Of a DNA stretch of 64,000 bases, positions 25,701-36,229 are shown in pieces. The first letter of the stretch is position 1; every line of letters starts with the position of its first letter. The notes beneath the pieces are model-generated. The model had not been told where the DNA came from. It saw only the letters and a program-made list of their open reading frames with translations, and did not search any database. Source of the stretch: Takakia lepidozioides (lineage: Eukaryota > Plantae > Bryophyta); assembly GCA_030704615.1 (NCBI GenBank), contig CM060733.1:40176001-40240000 (forward strand). The letters are read 5' to 3'. A program made the position numbers and the translations under genes.

Positions 25701-28700
25701 GGGGCTTCTACTCTAGTAGGGGGTGGATTCATTGTATTTTTTGAGGAAAGCATGGAGAATCTCCACAGGTGACGACGAATGCGCAAGAGCAGCTGGACAC
25801 ACAAGCACATCAGTTCAAGATGGAGATATCTCCTGCAGCAGAGAGCCTACGTGACTATGTGACGAGGTACTTTCTGCTCTACAAAACCAACCTATTCTTT
25901 CGGGAGATAGCAGATGCTCGCCGGAGCCACGAGTTCACCGACCAGCCGAACGCGGACAAAGCAGCAATGCGCCTTCTGTACAGGTACATACGCGCTGTCT
26001 TTCTTTCAAGTCCTTGCATTTCAGGATGTTAGAGGCCTCATGTGGTGTTACGGAAAATGGCGCTGAATTTCCAGTCAGGGCTCCGAAAATGGCGAAGTCC
26101 CTAGAGTGGCTGGCCCTGAACTGGAAATTCGGCGCCATTTTCCAGTTCTAGGCCCTATTGCCGTTCAGGGACTTGGCCATTTTCGGGCTAAGTCCCTAGG
26201 GTGGCTGGCCCTGAACTGGAAATTCGGCGCCATTTTCCAGTTCTAGGCCCTATTGCCGTTCAGGGACTTGGCCATTTTCGGGCTAAGTCCCTAGGGTGGT
26301 TGGCCCTGAACTGGAAATTCGGCGCCATTTTCCAGTTCTAGGCCCTATTGCCGTTCAGGGACTTGGCCATTTTCGGGCTAAGTCCCTAGGGTGGCTGGCC
26401 CTGAACTGGAAATTCGGCGCCATTTTCCAGTTCTAGGCCCTATTGCCGTTCAGGGACTTGGCCATTTTCGGGCTAAGTCCCTAGGGTGGCTGGCCCTGAA
26501 CTGGAAATTCGGCGCCATTTTCCAGTTCTAGGCCCTATTGCCGTTCAGGGACTTCGCCATTTTCGGGCTAAGTCCCTAGGGTGGCTGGCCCTGAACTGGA
26601 AATTCGGCGCCATTTTCCAGTTCTAGGCCCTATTGCCGTTCAGGGACTTAGCCATTTTCGGGCTAAGTCCCTAGGGTGGCTGGCCCGGAACTGGAAATTC
26701 GGCGCCATTTTCCAGTTCTAGGCCCTATTGCCGTTCAGGGACTTAGCCATTTTCGGGCTAAGTCCTAGGGTGGCTGGCCCTCAGCTGGAAATTCGGCGCC
26801 ATTTTCCAGTTCTAGGCCCTATTGCCGTTCAGGGACTTAGCCATTTTCGGGCTAAGTCCCTAAGGTGGCTGGCCCGGAACTGGAAATTCGGCGCCATTTT
26901 CCAGTTCTAGGCCCTATTGCCGTTCAGGGACTTAGCCATTTTCGGACTAAGTCCCTAGACTGGCTGGCCCTGAACTGGAAATTCGGCGCCATTTTTCCAG
27001 TTCTAGGCCCTATTGTGGTTCTGGGACTTAGCCATCTTCGGGCCAAACCGGGAAAAATGGCGCCGAATTTCCAGTTCAGGGCTCCCAAGATGGCTAAGTC
27101 CCTAGGGTGGCAGTCACCGAAAACCGAAATTCGGCGCCATTTTTCCATTTCTAGGCCCACTCACATCCGCCCCAACCTGGGAAAATGGTGCTGAATATGC
27201 ATTTCAGGGACCTCATTGTGTTTTTCATGAATGCAGGTACTGCAAGTTCTCCCTTTTGGAGAAAGGTCATCTGTCTTTCGAGCCACCATTCTTCCTGGCA
27301 TGGAGGAACCCTGGGGCTGACTCCATGTACACTGACGATATTGTGAAGGAGTGGCATCTGGAACATTTGCGTGATTGCCATTGGTATGTGGACCTTCCGC
27401 CCGGCTCGCTCGACCCATCCGAGTTTCAATTGAAGCTGGATGCTGAATTCCGACGAAACCGGGCTCCGCTGCCTCCGTTGGGTGCAAAAGAGGCAAAAGC
27501 GCTTGCGAACTCCAGGAAAGCGGCAGAGCTTGCTCAGGCAGGAATTCAGGAGAAATTGCATGAGAAGAGTAAAGGCCAAAGGAAAAGGACAAGGAAACAG
27601 GTGACTGCAGTAACACCCAAAAAGAAGAAAACCATCGGGGCATCGGAGGAGGCGCAGGAGGGGACCCAAGAGAGTGACTCAGACGACGACTTTGTTCAAG
27701 GTCCTGCGACTGCTGTTGCTCCTACCCAGTCACCGGTCGTCCGGGTTCCCAAGTCAGTTCGGAGTGGGACTGGCTCTGCAAAGAAGTTGGCATTTGAGGG
27801 CGAGCCTACACGGCGGTATTCGGCGGTGACGTTTACGCACAGGCCAAAGCTAGAACCTCCAACCATCATCCAATACGTCAATGAGAGCTTCCTTGACGCT
27901 CTCGCTGCCAGGGCGAAGAAGGTGGCACACAACAAGTCTCTGGCGGAGCAGAAGGGGAAAGCCAAGAAGAGGGCTGGCGGTACAGAGCCTAAAGACACCC
28001 CTGGTTTTGAAGCCATGATGGAATTCTTCACGGCTGTGAGCACAAATTGCAAGAGCACTCGGGGGGGGGGGGGGGGTTGAGGTGGAGAGAGCTTGCGACA
28101 TGATTCTCCTCGACATTCCAGATGGGGAGCTGCTGGAGGGCCTGGATGGTGTGCCCACCTAGAACAGGTTTACTGAGGACTACTGGAAAGCCGGGTTTGG
28201 GCTGGTGGGGATGCTTCTGGATGACGGTGGATGTGTGGTTGTCCTTGCCACGAGAGGGAAGACCACAGAGAATGCGGTGGCAAGGTGGACACCGAAAAGT
28301 GTCACCCCGGTCCTCCTCAGAAAATGGTTCTGCATCAGTACGCAAGGGTTGCGAACAGAGGGCCAAAGTGTAAGTTATCAATCTATTGCATTCACTTCAT
28401 ATTGTGGTGTATGTTAAGTAGACCCTGGAGTTGATCCCTTCTTTGTTGGATGTGCAAACATTGGTGTTTGAGGCATATTGCTTTGTGAAGAGAGGGTCTA
28501 CGTTCAAATTCCGCAACGACGGTCGTCTTGTTGATGCCGCTGTGGACCCTGTAACCTACGATGTCCTCTACAACTATGTGCCCCACTCTAGTATGCCGAA
28601 GGACACAAAGACAGGCAAACCGTGGCGGTACAGCCGGACCCGAAGCCCTGCTTTCATCCAAACCCTCATGGAGACGTGCTCGGATGTCCAAGGGCGGATT

Positions 28701-29593
28701 CTGGACCTCACATGCGGCACGGGTAAGCCTTCACATGCTCAGTTTGTCCCCTGGCCCGATTGCAATTGCATGCCGCAAGCTATTAACCGCCCGCTTTGTT
28801 CCTCAGGTGCTTCAATGTGGGCAGGGACGTTGTCCGACAGGCATGTGTTCGCCTTCGAGCCAGATACTGCCCTCCACAACTCGGAACTTGCAGCGGCTGA
28901 ACGTCTGCCGAAAGAGGAAGAGGCATCCTCGGAGGATGAGGAAAAATCCGAGAAGGAGCAGGGGGAGGAAGTTGGGATCGAGGCCGAGGAGCCCCCGGTT
29001 TACGAGTGAGTGGTGGCATTGTAAGTTGCCTCCAAATTTCGTGAGGCACCTCCCTCCGCTCTCTTATTTCATTGAAAACCCTTTGTGGTTGTGCTGGTAT
29101 TGACATTCTTGAAGTGGATTTGTTCTTACTGTAGGATGCCAAGTACTGCCGGAGGGACGTCTACACCGGAGTTCATGGGCAGGAGGAACGTGCCTTTTTT
29201 TGCCAGGGGGGATTTCATGCCTAGTCTAGAAAGGGAGTACATCCTTCCTACTTATACTGCCCGGCTTGCTTCGGTGTCCATTAGGAGGTGTTCGAACGTA
29301 GTCGTGTACAGCAGATTTTAGACGAGGCAAGCCTCAAGAAAATGAAGATGAGGGAGGAGGCAGCAGCTATTAGAGCCCGTCGGGCTCGTAGATTTGTCTT
29401 GGATTCTGCTGAGGAAAGTGGGGGAGAAGACGCAAAAGATTCCCAGGAGGTGAGGTGGACAGTCCCCCAAGGAGAGGACGGGATTTTTGAGAGGCATAGT
29501 GGAACTGATGCATCACAGAGCTCAGAGGATGAGGGGGATGAGGGGGATGAGGAAGAAGGTGGGGCAAGTTCCTCGGAGGGTGTAGGAGAGTAG
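22780..29593 (+). pseudogene. Multi-exon MULE cargo gene: ParB/Srx-like domain plus C-terminal beta-class N6A/N4C DNA methyltransferase-like domain; frameshifts and one stop as assembled
   Basis: MFYVWDGNHRLLAW at about 24560-24600. Motif IV-like CDMILLDIPDG at about 28094-28126, then LLDDGGCVVV. Motifs X/I RSPAFIQTLMETCSDVQGRILDLTCGTG|ASMWAGTLSDRHVFAFEPD, joined across GT-AG intron 28723-28806. Other plausible introns at about 24730-24847, 25984-27236 and 29006-29134. Start codon uncertain. Confidence 0.75.
26052..27150. repeat. Intronic 95-bp tandem array (about 10 near-identical units)
   Basis: TGGCCCTGAA recurs at 26111, 26206, 26301 and onward. Each unit has GAACTGGAAATTCGGCGCCATTTTCCAGTTC and AGGGACTT(A/G)GCC-loop-GGCTAAGTCCCT hairpins. 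Confidence 0.95.
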
Positions 29594-29752
29594 TGCCCAT
29601 TCTGGCTATGACAGTTAGAACACACTTGTATAGACATGGCTTGCCACAAAATTTGCAATAAAATGTTGCATTTCAAGTCCACTGGTGCCACATTCCAACT
29701 TCACATGACCCTATTTCCGTGCCTCCTAACCCTATTTCCGTGGACTCACAAT

Positions 29753-29814
29753 GGTCTGCTCATGCTTTTTTTTTTTTCCGCTCATGCTCATGCCGCTCAT
29801 GAAATAGCAGCCCC
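29753..29814 (-). repeat. Right terminal inverted repeat of the MULE
   Basis: CCGCTCATGCTCATGCCGCTCATGAAATAGCAGCCCC, followed immediately by the duplicated CATCTTGAAG. Confidence 0.85.
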
Positions 29815-30635
29815 CATCTTGAAGACATGGTCTAAAATCCTTACCCATTAAGCGGTGATAGGCTTGGGTTCTGATGTGCTTCACACATAGAAAACAAACA
29901 TTGTTGTAAGCCTTATTAAGACCAGACATATACAGGTGTTTAAGAAGCCAATCTAGTTCATCACGAGCTTCTTTCAAGACAAGTGGGTTTCCCCCATGAT
30001 GAGAGTAGTTGAATCTTGTCATACTGGCTTTTTTCTTCAACTTGTCCCAGCAGGTATTTTTTAGCCATAGACAACACTCTTCTGCCCATGGCTCTGTAGA
30101 ATCAACATGTAGAATATCACATACTTTAAAAAAGGAAGTACAACTTCCTCAACCACATCCTTGAGCAGTGTACTTTTTTGCGGGATATGGTTCATACCAA
30201 GGCTGAAAAGCTCTCTCAGCTTGGGGTGTCTTATGATGCCCAGATCCATAGTACGCACATGTTGTATGGGGGCTGAATCATGTAATTGAAATTCAGCCAA
30301 TGTACCCATATCACAGAAGGCTTTGAACCTCTTGGCAGAATTGCAGAGGCAATGAGGTGACTCAATCATATCTGCCATGAAGTTAAAGTCACGGAAAACA
30401 GAAGCAAGCAGGTAGTAATTATTGCTACTCTGCTTATGATATGTCCATCCAAACATTATTTCCTCGATCAACAGAACCATATCAGCCTTTCCAAACATCA
30501 GGAATGCTTCTTTTATTAAACCCTTAGGGTTTATCCACTCCATACCCCGGTTTGGGTACAACATGTGTACGAAACCAATAGGGGCCGGTTTTGATTTATG
30601 GGTAATGAATTTCCTGGTGATCTTCCCGAAGTGAT
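29815..30635 (-). mobile_element. Penelope-like retroelement RT relic, N-terminal half (5'-truncated)
   Basis: CLC...HVRTMDLGIIRHPKLRELFSLGMNHIP, and LNKAYNNVCFLC (DKAxNN-like motif). The frame continues across the MULE insertion. Confidence 0.7.
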
Positions 30636-30643
30636 CCCCTTCC

Positions 30644-31029
30644 CGTTGCCGCTCTCCTAATCTACCCGCAAGCTGTTCTAACCACCTAATTAACTAACTG
30701 TCACCCCTGAAGTAACACGTTCCCTTTGCAGATGTTGTTCCCTCACAGTCGTTCCCTGTCAATGATAACTGTTCCCTATGTACTGTGACAGGCTGTGTCA
30801 AGCTGTGCCGAGCTGTGACTGGCTGTGTAAAGCTGTGTCGGGCTGTGACTGGCTGTGCGAAGCTGTGTCGGGCTATGACTGGCTGTGGGAAGCTGTGTCG
30901 GGCTGTGTAACCCCCCTAAAGCCTGCTCGTGCCACCCCTAAGACTCCTGTTGGTCTCAGTCTGCGCAAAAATTAAGGGTACCCCACAGAACCCATAAAAA
31001 GCGTCCAAGTCCCAAGCAGCCCTCTAACA
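30644..31029 (-). repeat. LTR segment, copy B; truncated 3' LTR of a minus-strand LTR retrotransposon
   Basis: Homologous to 8408-8792. On the minus strand the polypurine tract GAGAGGGGGAGGGG (31033-31046) lies just before TGTTAGAG. Confidence 0.75.
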
Positions 31030-31067
31030 TTACCCCTCCCCCTCTCAAAAAGCCGTGTCATCACGGT

Positions 31068-34000
31068 TTACTGTTTGGGATTAGCAAACCTTTGTGAGCG
31101 AGCACCCTTCTGACGGTGAGAGTCTCGTGAAGGACTCCGTGTGCGAGCCCGAGTCCTGTCACTGGCTGATGGAGATGATTGAGCACTACCTGGAAATGTC
31201 TGACCCTCCTTTGGCTGATAACGAGGTAACCTCTCAGGCATAGGAGATCCCCGACATTTCTTCTCTGCCATCTGAAGTGCATAGTCCTCTGCCATGTCAA
31301 AAGAGTCCTCTGAAGAAACAATAGTATCAGAATCCTCGTCCCCCCTTAGGTGTTTTAATGGCCGAACTTTAAGTGGAATCCTGTGTGGCATACAATGTGG
31401 TCCGACCATATCTGGAAGTTTAAATTGTACAACTTGTTGTAAGCGCTTGCAAGCAAAATTAGTGAACGCCCTGAACTCCTTATCCGTATAGGTTAGAGGT
31501 GTGCCAATGACTTTGGAATAGTATAAGTATTTCTAGGCTTCATGTCCCTTAAAGAAAATATCCTCAGGGCCGAGTTTCTGTGTTGTCAAATTGTTCTAAG
31601 CCGAATTAAACCATGAACGGGAATCCTTCTGCATCATAATTTTTGCATCGTATAGGTACATATGAGGTGGCACTGAAGGTAAGACCCAATGATCCCCACT
31701 GGAATAACTCAGAAATCGTGATTGCATCTTCTGCTGCTCAATGTGATAACGTGCCAGAAAACAAGCAGCATAGTATAATCCACAGCCCATGACAATACTA
31801 GATACCTCCTTGGTCTTGGTATAAATGTACCCATGTACAACTTGGAAGGCAATTAATTCCTTCAGCATGGTACCTGCCTTAGACCAGTACCTGGCAAAGT
31901 GATGATCCTCAATGGGTCGATTGTTCGGAAGAACCTTAGTCCGAGTTGCCACCGGCAACCAAATGCGCATGATCTGGTAGTAATGTGCCAACGACTGTGG
32001 AGGACTAAATTCCTTCCAAGCCAAATCCAGCACAATGGGAATTTGGTTGAAGGGCATAATCATAGCCCGACTGTACTCCCGTGCAGCAGGAGTCTTAGGT
32101 GGGTTAAAAGCAGCACCCCCCCATACCTCAGGCTGTGGTTTGGCTGTAGTAGCAACAAGGTCAGCTACCTGCACAGCCACCTGTTGTGGTATTGGTACCA
32201 CTAGCCCTTCTACCACTGACATCTCCTGCACCCCCTGCAAAGAAGACTGAAAAATTAGAGTCCTGGCATGTAAATAAGTAGCCATCAGCTGCTTCTCAAT
32301 AACAAAAACTCTCTTGTCAATATTTGAACTCAGGTCATCCACTTGAGTCTGCAGGCCTTCTACATCCTCTTGTAGCTCTGCTATTCTACTATAGACATTG
32401 TCTATAGTAGTTGTAGCAATGTTCTACATCTGCAATCTGAGCTCATTCATTTCGCCCTGGGTGAGCTTCCGTGGTGCTTTGCCTTCTACCGGTCCTTGTG
32501 CTAACCAGACCTGCATAAGGTGGTTATCCACCAAGTTCTGTGTGGCACCCCTGAGAGTCTGCTCCTCCGTGAGTCTGTACACATCTAATTGCTGTTGTAA
32601 AGCCTCCATGCACTTTGCATGAGGTTCAACCAGGCCCGCATAGGCAGCAGCCAGATTATTAGCTTCCTTCCAAGCCTTGTTAGCCACAGAGAGTTCATTT
32701 CTATAACCATGACTGTTTGTTGCAACTCCAGGATGTACTTCTCCTGGTCAGCCTCAACCTATTTGTACTGTTGGAAAGTATTCTCATTGCGACAGATTGT
32801 AGCCTTCAAATCAACAATGAGTTTCGCTTGCTCTATGATCTCAGCTTCTGCCATCATACATCTCTCCCTTTGTCTCTTAACTTCTAATGCAGTTTGCTCT
32901 AGAGCAGTTGTGAGTGTAGCACATTGTATGGTCATCCTCTGATGTACTGCCTCCAACTTTGTATGTAGTACGTTCACTTCTTGCAACTTGCCCTCATGCT
33001 TCACCTACAATTGGTATAACTGTTGCTTATGTGCTTCATGCAACTAGTCCTGCTCGAGGCCTGCTTCAATCAAATGTCCCTTGGCCAACTGCAAGGCAGC
33101 CTTTGTGTCCTCCAACTCTTGCTGTAACTTGAGATTGACCTCCTCATCTACCTTGTTAGCACACTCAGTGGCAATTCGAGCCTCAAACTCCTTCCTGAGT
33201 TCCTCCCTCAAAGCTGCCAATTGGGTAGATGGAACATGGGATTTCACATAAATGCCCAATAAATTAAGTGTCCTGCTTATGGAACTCATAAGCATGGCCT
33301 GCTGGGGGTCATCATGGTGAACTTGCTGCTGTTCTCCCTGATCCTCCACAGTGTGATGCTTCACCAACCATTCAGGCCATTGCCCCACCAGATCCTCTTC
33401 CTGAACCACCTCAGGTGCTGCAGTGTCCTTATATTCTACCCCTGGTACCTCCGTCACGGGTGTGGGTATTACATGCACAGCAGGGATTTCCCTGGACAAA
33501 TTTTGCACCTCTGGAACCACTGATTCCCTTACCAAGTCAGAGTTTTCATAGAGAAGGTCACCCTTCTCAATTTCTGCCACAACATGCTCTGTAATGGGAA
33601 TGTCCAACCTTTCTCCGTCCAGAGCAATTGGGGGTGGTGTCACAGTATGTTCTAACTGTGGAACCTCTGAGGCAACTGAGTCAACTGGTACCGAATTGAC
33701 TTCTTCCTCCCTCTCCAAAGGCCGTGCTTCCAATAATAACAGCCCTCTATGCTGCTGTGCCCCATCCTGCACAAAAGCTTGGGAAACATCATCTTGTGGT
33801 TTCTGTGAAGCCAGTGGATCCGCCACTACAGTCATACCCCGCTTCTGTCCCTTAGACTGGTGTTGCCCTGCCAGTCCACCCTCACTATGTGAAGAGCCCT
33901 GCTCTTCAATTGCAGTGGTTACTGCCTCAAAACTCCCTCTTACTTTCCCGAGTATCAAGTATGCAAGAGTCAAGAATGATTTGGGCAATGACTGGACCTG

Positions 34001-34578
34001 ACACAATGATCGGAGACTTAGCAGCAGTGCCCTGTAACCTCTTCATCTCGTCCACCAGACCATTGTACATTAACTCCACCCAAGCTACATCATCTCCCCT
34101 CAAAGCTTTAGGATCTCCTCTGTGAATGACCTGCTCAAATATTATTGGTTCTGTTTCATGGCAAACAGAACGTTCAATATTTGGCCAACTTCTTTGAGCC
34201 CTGGGTACTCGGCTTTGGTACAAGCGGAACCTTGAGTCTTTAAAGAAACTCCCTTCTTGGAACAAATTCCCTATCTGCAATCTTGCCCTGTGCTCATCCA
34301 CATCCACATGACCTGATGGCAAATCAAACAATTGCTGCAAGTACTGGGGAGTAATTTCTATATCTACTCCCCTCACCTGGGTAACTCCCGTCCAGGTCAA
34401 AGTTCTGAAGAAATTGAATCATATACTGCCGATGATGCAAGGACCAGTCCTTGCGTAGCAGCCCCTCCAATCGCAACTCCCTCAGCAGCTGCACTGCATG
34501 CGGTGTAGCAATTGTTTGCTTCTGCAGAATCGTGGTGCTCTTCACCCTGATATCCTCCATTCCCCTCACTCTCTTCAT
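31068..34578 (-). pseudogene. Degenerate accessory ORF in the 3' internal region of an LTR retrotransposon
   Basis: Consecutive minus-strand ORF pieces upstream of the PPT. The N-terminus (MIQFLQNF...VRGVDIEITPQYLQQLFDLPSG) resembles plant retrotransposon extra-ORF proteins. Acidic and coiled-coil middle region. Confidence 0.55.
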
Positions 34579-35639
34579 TCTAGACAAACAAAAAGGCCTT
34601 GTTTGAAATAGCTGAAAGAAAGCGTGCAGGGCACAAAGCATAAAGGTATGGTTGGCACAGAATGGAACAGGTAAGTGCGTGTAAGCCTGTGGGGCTTGCA
34701 AGTATCGAGTGAGAAAAAACATAAAAGCCAGAGGAGGGAAAGGGATGATGCCATCACAGCAGGTTCTCCCGCCTGTGAGAAGAGACAAGACGCGCCATTG
34801 CGCATCCCCAGGAGCTCGTCCGGCATGAAGCAACAGACAGGGTAGCAGCAGGGCTCAGACGTCATAACTCGCGAGCTCAGCAGCACGAGAAATGCAGCTG
34901 ATAGTGGGAGAGACACCCTAGGGAAGAGACCGATTTTTCATCCGTAGGATGAATAATCAATACCATTTCTCTTAAGAACCCGACGGATGTCATCCGTTAG
35001 CTAGGTTTATAGGGTAGGAGGTAGGGTTTCACTCCTTAATTAGCAATAATTAAGGGTAATTAGAAAAATCTCCATGGCCATCATAAGCTGTTTTTTTCAT
35101 CCGGTCCAGATGAAAAAATAAAGAGGTTCATTTGTTTGGATGAGGTCCATCAGCAGGATGATAATTAGTATCAATCATCCAGGGCATCGGGTTTTCATCC
35201 TAACAGGTAATTCGTCATCCCTTAAGAGAAAGCCTCATCCAATACGGAAAAAAAGCGTAAAAGGGGAAATAAAACGAAGTCAGATCCTGGTATTTTTCAT
35301 CCGGCATGGATGGAAAAATTATAGATAGGATGCCAGTGTCATAACCCTTATGGAGGTAATTCCTCATTCTCTGGTGACCATCTGATATAGATGAAAGTCA
35401 GTAAAAAAAGAGGTATGAAAAATTATAAGTCATTTTAAAGGTACTTTAGTGTCCACCCAGGTGATTCTTCCGGTATGGATAGAAGACCTTTACAAGTCGG
35501 GTGAAAACACCTTTTAGAGTCCATCTGGTATAGATGGAAAATCATGAAAAAAACACTGATGCAACTGACCAGTTCTGAGGAGGGAGACAGAGGGAGAGAG
35601 GGGGCAACAATGAAAAAAAATGGGTCGGGGGGGGGGGGA

Positions 35640-36229
35640 GGTCAGATGGTGGGGTCAGCTGCAGCAGCATATGTCCAACACCAGATATCCTAAGTTAATC
35701 GACTCTATATCTTGGAAACGGGACCGCCCACCGACCTGTCAAACAGGCTAAGTCCTGGCAGAAGACAGTAGAAGAGCTTCTCAAGGACCTGAACCTGGAA
35801 CCGCAAGTCTTCACCCTGCTGGATAAATCTGACTTAGAGGCTGTAGTGTCCAACCATGTCTGTGGGCAACCTGAAGACATTATTCATTTTCTGATACACT
35901 GTCCAGGGTTCTCTCACCAAAGAGACGCTCTCTTCAAATCTATCAAGGGAATTGTGCATGTACCTCTGTTTACTAACTTTGAAAAAGTCGAGGCTGAGCC
36001 AAAATCCCAGCCCCTTCTGAGGCCTAGTTTTTGGGCAACTCACACACAGCAGATTGATGCTTGTGTAAAGGGATTTGTAGAGGATATCTGGAAAACCCGG
36101 ATTAATTCTATATGTGAAGGTAAGTCTTACAACCAACGTCAGCCCCTGACAGAGGTAGGATCTGTCCCTTTTGTTTCCCCAAGAGAGGGGGAACAAAGAA
36201 AACAGAGAATGTGGGGGGGGGGTGACTGA
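35640..36229 (+). mobile_element. 3' fragment of a non-LTR retrotransposon (LINE) ORF; first ~230 bp duplicated at 36401-36615
   Basis: VCGQPEDIIHFLIHCPGFSHQR...FVEDIWKTR matches the LINE C-terminal zinc-knuckle region. Direct duplication is visible. Confidence 0.65.

Larger units (their letters stand above)
15888..29814. mobile_element. 13.9-kb Mutator-like DNA transposon (MULE) with a cargo gene
   Basis: Inverted ends TGCTATTTCATGAGC (15893) and GCTCATGAAATAGCA (29795-29809). Flanking direct repeat CATCTTGAAG(A) at 15878-15887 and 29815-29824. Internal DDE+SWIM transposase. Removing the element restores the host ORF. Confidence 0.9.

Noticed and set aside
22780-29593. Bacterial contamination as the source of the ParB/MTase motifs
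   Set aside because: The gene has in-phase GT-AG introns (one splits motif I) and lies inside a TSD-flanked eukaryotic transposon.
8408-31029. One intact 22.6-kb LTR retrotransposon
   Set aside because: PPT and gag are on the outer sides of the LTR copies, and the enclosed integrase is on the opposite strand.
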